Positions 19,101-26,593 of a stretch of 45,171 nucleotides of DNA are shown here, piece after piece. The stretch is from a virus. Position 1 is the stretch's first letter, and each line of letters starts with the position of its first letter. The notes beneath the pieces were generated by a model, which ran no database searches, was not told the DNA's origin, and saw nothing but the letters and a program-made list of their open reading frames with translations. Both the position numbers and the translations under genes were made by a program. The DNA is taken from the IMG/VR virus record IMGVR_UViG_3300033746_000018. One strand, written 5' to 3'.

Positions 19101-22100
19101 CTAAATTTGCTGTAATGAACGCTGATGATATACAGGCTTCTCACGATACCAGTTTAAATGTTAATGAGAACTTCCCGCAGGAATTGCAGCCACGAGATAG
19201 AGGTAAAGCAGCCACACAGGAACAGATCATAAACATAGTAAACAATCTTAATCCTAAAAAGTTGGGCGACTCTTATTCTACAGCTACAGGATCACCGATA
19301 TTAGGACCAGATGGATATGTAGAAGTTGGTAACGGTAGAACAATAGCCTTAAAAACTTTATATGAGCAAAATCATAAAAATGCTGAAACTTATCGTCAAT
19401 GGCTTAGAGATAATGCTGAACAATTTGGATTAACAGCTAAACAAATTGATAATGTAGATAACCCTGTATTAGTTAGAGTAAGGACTTCTGATGTCGAAGA
19501 TAGGGTAAGGTTTGTGCAGGACGCCAACGCTAGAGAAAGTGCCAGTATGTCTGCAAGTGAGCAGGCTATGGTGGACGCTGACAGAATAACACAGGACTTA
19601 TTAAATAAATTTGTACCCCACGATGATGGATTAATTAATATTTCAGCAAATAAACCTTTTATTAATCAGTTTATGGATCAGGTAGTGGGTAAAGCTGAAA
19701 AAGGCGAGTTTTTAGATGAAAAAGGTTATTTAAACCAAGCAGGTATCAGAAAAGTTAAAAACGCTTTATTCGCAGCAGCTTATGATGATATTAATATTTT
19801 AGCTGAAATATCAGAGTCAACTTCTAGTAATCTTAAAAATGTTACAGGTGCTATGATGGAAGCAGCACCACGAATGGTAAATATTCAAGACCAGATGAAT
19901 AAAGGAATACTACCTGATTTAGATATAAGCCAGGACTTAGTAGAAGCTGTTAAACTGTATAAAACAATCAAAAATTCCGATAAATCATTCGACAATTATT
20001 TTCAGCAGCAGAATATGTTTGGCGAAGATAACTATACTCCTATCCAGGAAAGTCTTGTAAGAATGTTTGAAAATAATAAGCGTAGTCGCAAAGCATTAAG
20101 AGAAATACTGATAGATTACACTTATAGAGTTGAACACGCTGGGCGTGCTGATATGGACTCTATGTTTGATATTGAGCAGCCGACTAAAGAAAATTTATTA
20201 AGGCAATCAGTAGAAGCTACAGTAGGAAAAACTAATACAAGTCAAGAAACACTATTCGGTAAAGAGCCTAAAAATATTAATATCAACGGTAAAAATGTTA
20301 AAATGAGCAACAATGCTACAGAATTTAGTCAGAAGAATAAGTATGCTAGAGCAAAGTTTACTCTTAACGATAAAAAAATAGAAATGCCTGAACTCTTAGA
20401 TATAATTCTAGCCTTATCAGAAGGCAAATATCCACAGATTATTAAAAGTTTACGGAATACAGGTACATTAGGATATTATGCTCCTAAAAAAGGTCAGATA
20501 GGGCTTAATCCTGATATATTTGTGGGTGAAACTATTGTAAGAGAAAGAGTACCTGTTAAACAATTCGACAGGAGATTTCAGGAAATACAGACTACAATAG
20601 CAAATGATCCTGATATTGGCGAAGTAGAATACAGGACAAGTTTTTCTAAAAATTATGTTGAGATAAGAGTTATTAGAGTCGATCCAGAATATGCTGCACA
20701 GACAATATCGCACGAATTAGGACACTTAATAGACTTTATACCCCGTGATGATTTTGATGATGGCAGCTTAATGGACCAAATGAGTATTATCTACAAAGGC
20801 CAGAAAGATGAAGTCCTGGACGCTATTAGAGATAGTAATAACTTAGGACCACGAATTAAAACTGAACTAAAAAGATTATCTATGAAGTGGAAACCTTTTG
20901 ATCCGAAAAATAATCTTAAATTTACCAAATATCGCTTTAGCCCAGAGGAACTTTACGCTGACGCTATGAGTGTGTTCTTCTTAGACCCTGATATGCTGCA
21001 GCAGGAAGCACCATTATTTAGTCAGTTTATCCAGAAAAGTATATCTAAAAAGCCAGCAGTAAAAAAATCATATAATACTGTAAGGCACTTAATGGAAAAT
21101 AGATCTGAAATGATAAACAAAACCTTTGACAATTTACAAGAAGGTATGGTTGACGGTGTAGAACAGACTAAAAAGAAGATACAGCGTAGAGAACGGGGAG
21201 TAAAAAGTGGTTTTGATTGGCTAATAGAAAGTTTTATTGATAAAAATTCAGCCCTCTACAAATATTTCAGGGGTGAATACAGCGATACTGGAGAAAAAGG
21301 ACGGTTATCCAGGGAAGCAAGAAATAAAATGGAGGAAATAGCTTATATGTCCTCTGAGGTAGAAGATTACCTCTACAATATAGGCCAGATAATAGAAGGA
21401 TTATCAAATTATGATATAGACTTCTTAGATTTTAACTCTTTCTTATTTAATAAAAGAGTTTTGGGCGACAGAAGTAAATTTGCTAACCCACTTTTTGTTA
21501 ATACAGTTAGAGCAGAAGAAATGCAGCAGGCTTTATTAGATAAATATGGAGAAGAAAAATATCAAAAAATAGTTAACGCTGCAGAAAAATATTATCAATT
21601 AAGACAGGAAAGAATTATACCTATAATGGAAAAATCTAATATGTTTACAGAAGCGGCTATGGAAAAAGTTAAAAATAATAAAGAGTATGTAACTTTTGAG
21701 GTAGTAGATTATATTAATACTGAATTTGGCGAAGGTACTGGCGATATAATTATGCGGCAATATGGTACAGGTAGGAAAATAAGTAATCCACTTGTTGCCA
21801 CAATGCTTAAAGATATGAGTATAATCAGTTCTATCCGTATTAACGAGTCTAAGGTGGCTGCAGTAAAAGCATTAAAGAAAATAGCCCCAGAGTCAATAAG
21901 ACAAGCACCAACAAAAGAAATATACGGTAAGATAATACCTAAAGACTCTACAGACGCTGATGAAGGATTAATAACTTTTACAGTTAACGGCAAATTAGAC
22001 GGATATTTAGTTGAAAAAGATATAGCTGACCTATACGAATATACTCCACACAAGGCTAATGCAGCTACAAATACTATTTTATCAATAGTCCAGGGTATGA

Positions 22101-23602
22101 AGTCGATAATGGTATCTCACAACCCAGGTTGGATGATTTTTAACATTCCACGAGATTTCTTTGCTACAGTTATGAATAACCCTGAAATTGGTATAAAAGA
22201 TATTCCAGCATTAGCCCACGAGTACAAGAAGGCTTTTTCAGAAGCCTGGAATAATGTAAGGCACAATAAGAGATCAGAAGATATTTCATATATGAGAAGA
22301 AATAGAATGTTAACCATAGACAGAATGTATAGACCTTCTGACAGTTATATGGAAGATGATACTCAACAGCTATTAACTGAAATCTTTGATTATAACGAAC
22401 AAAGTGGGGAAGAACACAGCAGATTGCAGAAATTAATACCTGATAAAGTCCGTAGTGCTTGGGAGGGATTAGACAACTTCGGTCAGGTGTCAGAAATGAC
22501 AGGCCAGATTGCTGGATATAGAATGTTGAAGAATATGACTAATCTATCAGAAGGCGATTTAGCCCACAGAGTAAGGACCAGAGTCGGTACTCCTGACTTC
22601 AAGCAAAGAGGTGCTTTACACTCAATTACTAATAACTTATTTATCTTCTCAACAATTAGGAAATCAGGTTGGACTGCTGCAGCTGAAAGTTTTAGGCAAA
22701 ATCCAGGCACATTCTTATTTAAAGTTGCGTTATTAAGTTTGCTGCCTAAATTACTGCAGTTAGGAGCAGAAGAAGCTGATGAGTTATTCCCTGAAAGCGA
22801 ATTTGCTAAAAAGATAGCAGAAACAATGGAAGGCGTCAGCGAATATAAAAAAGAAACTTATTTAGTAGTTCCTGTATGGAAAGCAAACGGCAAAGCAATA
22901 ACTATACAACTGCCACAGGATTTTATCGGGCAGGCTGTAACTTCATTAGTTTATAATGCAGCCCGTGGAGAATGGGGAGATGTTGCAGGTACAGCCTGGA
23001 CTGAATTACCGTGGAATACAAGTAATCTTAACCCGTTATTGCAGGCCGCAGCTGATGTTCAAAGGTTAACATCTGGAGAGAATATTTACGATACCTGGCG
23101 GGGAAGAAATGTAATTTCAGAGGAAGCTATGCTGACTAATAATGTCGGTCAGAAACTTAAAGAATTTGGATTATATGAGTTCTTTAACTTAGGAGGTAGT
23201 GCAATAGTTAATCCTTCTATTGCTTATGCTGACGGCACTTTAGAAGCATTAAGTAATATCATACCTTTTAATGCAGTTAAGCGGCTAATAAGTGTGTCAG
23301 AGTCTGGATATTATGAAGATGTAACAAAAGTGTACCAGGATCAGAAAAAATATACTCAAATGGTCGCTAATTATAATAATTCAAGGAGATATGGCGAAGA
23401 TTTAAGGTACTCACGAAAAGAAATAATGGAAGCTAAAAGGAATTTATCACAACTAAATAAGCTGATTAGGCACTTCGCTAATATCAACAGGCAAATTAAG
23501 TACGCTCAAAGCCAGGGTAAAAAAGAAACAGTAGATAAACTAGAAAGACAAAAAATTAATTTGGCTCGTAGATATAATAGCAAAGAGCCGCTTAGTGATT
23601 AG
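16118..23602 (+). CDS. Giant virion-associated polyvalent protein (2494 aa). It has a Gly/Ala-rich membrane-like N-terminus, a coiled coil, a ParB/Srx-like segment and a zincin HExxH metallopeptidase.
   Basis: It is a single uninterrupted ORF. QPRDR is at 19187-19201, GNGR at 19328-19339 and HELGH at 20711-20725. It is the last gene before the lysis cassette. Confidence 0.7.
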   Translation: MAKAIPFPGMEKENNNKINVKAIPFPDMQMNTEQNISQPVNQPQPQYNDGNIFTDTAKDFAGGSARLFGNIANGARWLGKFVYSAAAQPQNAFAELTGNEQMKVDSSDAFKIPGFNLIEEGLDSYSDASNQAAETIFDSKSMESKQLGNNMIESLKEGRFMDFGKQLVSVTALTAPNILLAMMGGFAGTAAQGLGATSTAGSMLGTSNVLSQALPKAVIGLSAAGGEYRETEGDPELSDQQELLSAGVKGTSEVIWESLVTLPMIDDIVRTNKIAGDQMQKGIEWGLANWLKSGAKGGLSEAGEEMGTEATNYISDVIIKGKQFNADEFTSLVANAGLGAIATGAILSSTGDYRQNNAQNRRYEMNELSKALRQLEELKQKAEQEANQQKQRRIEEVSNQINNKISQMQQQEEIERQRQQSGEATQNAFQGFQGTMAEQKAAAVAKQRILENLINNQQDLNTFTVNIDNNNYAIVRNMNDNILVDVFQGNQRQGTMTAESMEELFTVLANNGYDLSTVTPFETATREQVQQAEIAENQPQAAQNLLSSRQKMINDIVGRINQYGGQVDLSQYDMPTAADDVDTVRQKSLNVLSDLRKQLVEARQNYTPQPQQQEDVAQTPIEQPNNVDNTNFNVDNFINKQLNNGAGYYSEVHYTNTDNYNSIINSQFEILPEDDKRKLYGDNIISNALYTAPLDADEWTRGSRARLPNYDKRIIVKIPKQNIIEINNPNEYAEIWKKYVDNDKYNNAINSLNEAISKIGQRNEVTEEMTQKFIENEWIKPNEAEKSKYYDWDNALEQINFLPKEAVERMKQDGIKGIKFNIPILGGRQTAIFDPSIIEIEQSVEQDNTIEQESQTDEGLNTQSDTTVEETGQYIQQSNEQIDNFREMASQENTPGIPEELQSYVIHNGAKFDVIDTNGNTWTYQRIDDAINEARKTRAAIEGQPIQEGQQQQEDIVEDEGQQEGEVVEEQPQINIQAEGRESETATPNNTEVKTKFAVMNADDIQASHDTSLNVNENFPQELQPRDRGKAATQEQIINIVNNLNPKKLGDSYSTATGSPILGPDGYVEVGNGRTIALKTLYEQNHKNAETYRQWLRDNAEQFGLTAKQIDNVDNPVLVRVRTSDVEDRVRFVQDANARESASMSASEQAMVDADRITQDLLNKFVPHDDGLINISANKPFINQFMDQVVGKAEKGEFLDEKGYLNQAGIRKVKNALFAAAYDDINILAEISESTSSNLKNVTGAMMEAAPRMVNIQDQMNKGILPDLDISQDLVEAVKLYKTIKNSDKSFDNYFQQQNMFGEDNYTPIQESLVRMFENNKRSRKALREILIDYTYRVEHAGRADMDSMFDIEQPTKENLLRQSVEATVGKTNTSQETLFGKEPKNININGKNVKMSNNATEFSQKNKYARAKFTLNDKKIEMPELLDIILALSEGKYPQIIKSLRNTGTLGYYAPKKGQIGLNPDIFVGETIVRERVPVKQFDRRFQEIQTTIANDPDIGEVEYRTSFSKNYVEIRVIRVDPEYAAQTISHELGHLIDFIPRDDFDDGSLMDQMSIIYKGQKDEVLDAIRDSNNLGPRIKTELKRLSMKWKPFDPKNNLKFTKYRFSPEELYADAMSVFFLDPDMLQQEAPLFSQFIQKSISKKPAVKKSYNTVRHLMENRSEMINKTFDNLQEGMVDGVEQTKKKIQRRERGVKSGFDWLIESFIDKNSALYKYFRGEYSDTGEKGRLSREARNKMEEIAYMSSEVEDYLYNIGQIIEGLSNYDIDFLDFNSFLFNKRVLGDRSKFANPLFVNTVRAEEMQQALLDKYGEEKYQKIVNAAEKYYQLRQERIIPIMEKSNMFTEAAMEKVKNNKEYVTFEVVDYINTEFGEGTGDIIMRQYGTGRKISNPLVATMLKDMSIISSIRINESKVAAVKALKKIAPESIRQAPTKEIYGKIIPKDSTDADEGLITFTVNGKLDGYLVEKDIADLYEYTPHKANAATNTILSIVQGMKSIMVSHNPGWMIFNIPRDFFATVMNNPEIGIKDIPALAHEYKKAFSEAWNNVRHNKRSEDISYMRRNRMLTIDRMYRPSDSYMEDDTQQLLTEIFDYNEQSGEEHSRLQKLIPDKVRSAWEGLDNFGQVSEMTGQIAGYRMLKNMTNLSEGDLAHRVRTRVGTPDFKQRGALHSITNNLFIFSTIRKSGWTAAAESFRQNPGTFLFKVALLSLLPKLLQLGAEEADELFPESEFAKKIAETMEGVSEYKKETYLVVPVWKANGKAITIQLPQDFIGQAVTSLVYNAARGEWGDVAGTAWTELPWNTSNLNPLLQAAADVQRLTSGENIYDTWRGRNVISEEAMLTNNVGQKLKEFGLYEFFNLGGSAIVNPSIAYADGTLEALSNIIPFNAVKRLISVSESGYYEDVTKVYQDQKKYTQMVANYNNSRRYGEDLRYSRKEIMEAKRNLSQLNKLIRHFANINRQIKYAQSQGKKETVDKLERQKINLARRYNSKEPLSD

Positions 23603-23604
23603 GA

Positions 23605-23970
23605 GTGGTAGAATTGGATAAACACGAATGCCCTTATAAAGAAAAAATAGAACAACACGAAAAAGAAATAGACAGACTAAAACACGGTGATTGGTATGAT
23701 AATAAGCAGCTGTTTGAAACTATGATGGCTAAATTCGAAGAAGTTAGTATTAAAATGGACGAAATGAATAAGAATATGGTTAAATATAATGGTCTGATTG
23801 AAAAAAGACAGGAAGATAGAAGATTAATGGAAAATAACAAGGCCAGATTAGCCAGGTTAGAAGTTGAAAATCAAACAAAAGAAAAAAGTAATAGCACCTG
23901 GAAAGATAATATACGCTGGATCATATATGTTTTATTATTTTTAGGTGGTGTAGCGACTAGATTTATTTAG
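23605..23970 (+). CDS. Lysis-associated membrane protein, XhlA-like (tentative). It has an N-terminal coiled coil and a single C-terminal TM segment.
   Basis: ORF track. An in-frame TTG at 23614 has better spacing to AGGAG (23601-23605) than the GTG at 23605. C-terminus is WIIYVLLFLGGVATRFI. Confidence 0.5.
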   Translation: MVELDKHECPYKEKIEQHEKEIDRLKHGDWYDNKQLFETMMAKFEEVSIKMDEMNKNMVKYNGLIEKRQEDRRLMENNKARLARLEVENQTKEKSNSTWKDNIRWIIYVLLFLGGVATRFI

Positions 23971-23979
23971 GAGGTAACT

Positions 23980-24351
23980 ATGAATGATATTCAGATAAGC
24001 AAAAATTTTAAGATGTCAGAGTTTGAATGTACTCACCCAGATCACAGGCATACTAGAATAGATGAAGAATTATTAGATAAGCTGCAGCAGTTAAGAGATA
24101 GATTAGAAGTACCTTTAATTATCAATTCAGCTTATCGCTGTCCTGAAAGAAATAAGCAGGTTAATGGTGCTAAAAATAGCCAACATCTTTATGGAAAAGC
24201 AGTAGATATTAGTTTACACACAATTCCTCTACAGATTGAAGAAATCAAGCGTATAGCAAAGCAAATAGGTTTTAGGGGTATTGGACTATATAATACTTTT
24301 ATCCACTTAGATGTACGGCACAGGCCAGCAGAGTGGGATAATAGAAGATGA
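23980..24351 (+). CDS. Endolysin, peptidase M15 (M15_3-type) cell-wall peptidase
   Basis: Motifs present are SAYRCPERNKQVNGAKNSQHLYGKAVDI and GIGLYNTFIHLDVR. Confidence 0.85.
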   Translation: MNDIQISKNFKMSEFECTHPDHRHTRIDEELLDKLQQLRDRLEVPLIINSAYRCPERNKQVNGAKNSQHLYGKAVDISLHTIPLQIEEIKRIAKQIGFRGIGLYNTFIHLDVRHRPAEWDNRR

Positions 24352-24530
24352 AGTTAGTTAAGGATTGGTTAGATTTATTTATGGATAATGATTTTCAGCA
24401 AGACTTAGTGTTTTTGCTAATCGTTTTTATAGGCAAAATAACAGGCATATTTGATGAGAATACATTTACTACTTTAGCGGTAGTAATAATAGGTGGTGAT
24501 GCCGTAAAAAAGTTAGGAGCAAAGAAATGA
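24348..24530 (+). CDS. Holin candidate (60 aa, two hydrophobic segments, basic C-terminus)
   Basis: ATGA overlap with the endolysin stop. Segments are LVFLLIVFIGKITGIF and LAVVIIGGDAV, followed by KKLGAKK. Confidence 0.6.
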   Translation: MKLVKDWLDLFMDNDFQQDLVFLLIVFIGKITGIFDENTFTTLAVVIIGGDAVKKLGAKK

Positions 24531-24895
24531 GCCTATCTATCAGCAGAGATTTAAGCAATTTGACACCAGAGCAGCAAATAGTTGTAGAAAATATAGCGAA
24601 AGCAAACAGAATACTCAAAGATTATGCAGATAGTTTAGATCGTGAGGAATTGCCTATGTGGCTAACTCAATTAATAATAAGGGTATTTACGAAAGGAGAT
24701 GAAGATTTCATGAATGAAGCTGTTTTAGTTTTTTTGAAAACCGTGATGGAGGAAACAACTTTAGAAGATGTAGTTTACAAAAAGGCTGCTGACGCTATGA
24801 AAGAAACCATACCTGGCACACAGTATGAGCCTATTATCGGCGAAATTATGGTCGGATTGGGTACAGAACTTAAAAAGCCTGAACAAGTTAAATAG
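24527..24895 (+). CDS. Hypothetical protein (122 aa), last gene of the late operon
   Basis: ORF track. ATGA overlap with the holin. A terminator follows. Confidence 0.6.
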   Translation: MSLSISRDLSNLTPEQQIVVENIAKANRILKDYADSLDREELPMWLTQLIIRVFTKGDEDFMNEAVLVFLKTVMEETTLEDVVYKKAADAMKETIPGTQYEPIIGEIMVGLGTELKKPEQVK

Positions 24896-24905
24896 ATATA
24901 AAAAA

Positions 24906-24940
24906 AGCCCTACACTTAAAAAATGTGGGGCTTTCCATTT
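24906..24940 (+). terminator. Rho-independent terminator ending the late operon
   Basis: agccctaca / tgtggggct stem followed by tttccattt. Confidence 0.65.
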
Positions 24941-24967
24941 GCAATTAAGATTTAAAAGTAGTATAAT
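24939..24967 (+). promoter_or_regulatory. Sigma-A/sigma-70-type promoter TTGCAA-17-TATAAT
   Basis: The -35 is at 24939-24944 and the -10 at 24962-24967. The extended context TTGCAATTAA...TATAATAAT is shared with the promoter at 39689. Confidence 0.6.
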
Positions 24968-25209
24968 AATTTTAACATAATAATATATTTGTACCGAATA
25001 CATTTTCGGTGGGGTGAAGCTGGTATCTTTGCCCCTTAAAATTTAGAAAATTAAAAATTACATATAGAAAAAGAAAATCCGCTCAGCACTACAAATGCTA
25101 GCGGGTTGACTGCTACTTCTCGCACAAGTAACAGATTTTTTGTTAAGTTAATTATACCAAAATCAAGCTAACTTAGCAAATGAATTACATAAAATCTGTA
25201 GAAATTTTA

Positions 25210-25241
25210 AGGACTTGTCGGGAAACTGGCAGGTCCTTTTT
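25210..25241 (+). terminator. Rho-independent terminator with a GAAA tetraloop
   Basis: aggacttgtcgg-gaaa-ctggcaggtcct followed by ttttt. With the promoter at 24939 it delimits a non-coding transcript of about 270 nt. Confidence 0.75.
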
Positions 25242-25289
25242 GTGTTTGTAGAACAAAAAGGTTAGTGGTTAAGGAATAACACTATTATA

Positions 25290-25600
25290 AAAAACTGGTA
25301 GGCTGGTCGTCCTATCTTCAAAAACAGACTTTTCGTAATAAAACCGCTCCAGGGATTGTAATTTCAGCAATCTATTCTGTAGCACTCTTGTAGTGTGGGG
25401 ACTGGAATACAGCGGACACCCCCTTCCTGTTACCTTTACGGTAGGGTGTTGGTGCAAACAGGTGAAACTCCTGTAGGGCGTTAAGGCAGAAGCGAAGCCC
25501 TTAGAGCATTGCCGTAAGGCCTGTGTCGATACCTCGCTTCGGGGTTAAGATGTACCCGTAAACACAGAACACCTCTTTTGCACAAGGGGTGTTCTATATC
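25290..25600 (+). ncRNA. Candidate structured non-coding RNA of unidentified class. Strand is tentative.
   Basis: By my count G+C is about 53 percent over 25381-25560, against about 23 percent at 25021-25080. Hairpins are dense, including GCC-GUAA-GGC, ACAGG-UGAAACU-CCUGU, the long-range CTGTGT/ACACAG pair (25521/25562) and an 11-bp terminal stem at 25568-25596. There is no credible ORF. Confidence 0.35.
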
Positions 25601-25699
25601 AAATTTTGCCGTACTTCAAGGTTAAGCTGTTCAATTCAAGTTCTTTATAATAAGGATAACTAGATAACTTTTACACTTTTAATGAAAGGAGAATAGAAA

Positions 25700-26131
25700 A
25701 TGAAAGTTACAATTTACTTGTATGCTAATAAACGCATATATACTGCTGTTTTAGTCGCTGATAATAAAAAACAAAGTATTAAAAATATAGGGCAAAAAAA
25801 TAAAGGTGAAAGTATAATGCAAAACTACATTATAGCGGCTTTAAAAGCATTAAGAACATTAAAATTTCCTGTTGATATACACATAATTAGTCCTAGAAAT
25901 TCTTTTAAAATGTTACCTGGCATTGAAGAAAAAATACCTAAACAAGATTTTGTAGAAGAAAACTTAGAAAAATGGATAGAAATAAGTGATCTAATTAAAA
26001 AACATAAAAGTTATAAAGCCAACAAACATAATGACAATAAAAATTTAAAAAGTAAATGGCATTATTATAGAAAGTCTATGGTTACTTCTAAAGATAATCC
26101 AAATATAGATAAAATGGATAGTTTATTTTAA
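25700..26131 (+). CDS. Hypothetical K/N-rich protein (143 aa) with a possible degenerate RNase H-like fold
   Basis: ORF track. RBS is aaggag. The secondary-structure-like order VTIYLYA / IYTAVLV / NYIIAALKAL / VDIHIIS loosely mirrors RNase HI, but without the acidic catalytic residues. Confidence 0.6.
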   Translation: MKVTIYLYANKRIYTAVLVADNKKQSIKNIGQKNKGESIMQNYIIAALKALRTLKFPVDIHIISPRNSFKMLPGIEEKIPKQDFVEENLEKWIEISDLIKKHKSYKANKHNDNKNLKSKWHYYRKSMVTSKDNPNIDKMDSLF

Positions 26132-26222
26132 AACACTAATGAAAATTAAAAGGAATTTAAGAAGATATGTATAAAAAGTTAACTGTTTTCTGCAAAAAGT
26201 AATATTTTTTCCTAAAAAACCC

Positions 26223-26251
26223 TTGACAACTACCAAAAAGTATATTAAAAT
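26223..26251 (+). promoter_or_regulatory. Early promoter TTGACA-17-TAAAAT
   Basis: The -35 is at 26223-26228 and the -10 at 26246-26251, upstream of the Cro-like gene. GTTAAC-containing near-palindromes flank it. Confidence 0.6.
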
Positions 26252-26313
26252 GTATTTAACAAGTTAACAAAAACGAAATTAATTATATTAATCGGAGGTG
26301 AAATTCCACTTTT

Positions 26314-26517
26314 ATGGGAACAAATTATAAATTAAAAGGTAAAATAGTAGAAGCAGGATTAACAGAAGGAAAAACAGCAGAAATGATAGGAATTGATTAT
26401 AAAACTATGTCGAATAAAATTAATGGCAAAACTGATTTCAAGCAAAGTGAAATAAATAAAATATTAAGTATCTTACAGGAAAGAGGCCTAGAGGTAACCT
26501 ATGAAGATATTTTTTAA
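26314..26517 (+). CDS. XRE/Cro-type helix-turn-helix regulator (67 aa)
   Basis: GLTEGKTAEMIGIDYKTMSNKINGK is a classic HTH_3 pattern. It is the first gene after the early promoter. Confidence 0.75.
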   Translation: MGTNYKLKGKIVEAGLTEGKTAEMIGIDYKTMSNKINGKTDFKQSEINKILSILQERGLEVTYEDIF

Positions 26518-26593
26518 TGCCTATTGGTTTTGTATTAGTAGATTTTAGGCTATTTATTAGCCAGTAGTTTACAATTATGAAAGGGGGAAAAAT

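Noticed and set aside
16507-22710. Ten minus-strand ORFs inside the 2494-aa gene
   Set aside because: All are embedded antisense in one long, well-supported ORF, with low-complexity translations and no start signals.
16118-23602. The giant ORF as a virion RNA polymerase (N4 or crAss type) or as a siphovirus tape measure
   Set aside because: I saw no DxDGD-type or T7-like polymerase motifs. No tail tube, chaperone-frameshift or distal-tail genes flank it as they would a tape measure. It remains unproven without profile searches.
25269-25457. A 62-aa minus-strand ORF in the GC-rich non-coding island
   Set aside because: It has no RBS, an odd composition, and overlaps a region better explained by plus-strand RNA helices with GNRA loops. 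A decayed gene remnant cannot be fully excluded.
25440-25530. Resemblance to cobalamin or FMN riboswitch cores (CAGGTGAAACTCCTG; AAGCCCTTAGAGCATTGCC versus the B12 box)
   Set aside because: Only isolated short strings match. The obligatory CCCGC-ACUG (cobalamin) and GCCGACAGU/AGUCUGGAU (FMN) elements are absent, and the downstream gene has no related function. A covariance-model scan is needed before naming any class.
25629-25637. A tRNA-like T-loop string, GTTCAATTC
   Set aside because: The flanking bases do not form a T-stem and no acceptor, D or anticodon arms can be drawn. I found no tRNA anywhere in the window.
26132-26313. GTTAAC-centred near-palindromes (AAAAGTTAACTGTT and ACAAGTTAACAAA) around the early promoter, as Cro operators
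   Set aside because: There are only two short, imperfect sites in very AT-rich DNA. They are plausible but not distinguishable from chance by eye.
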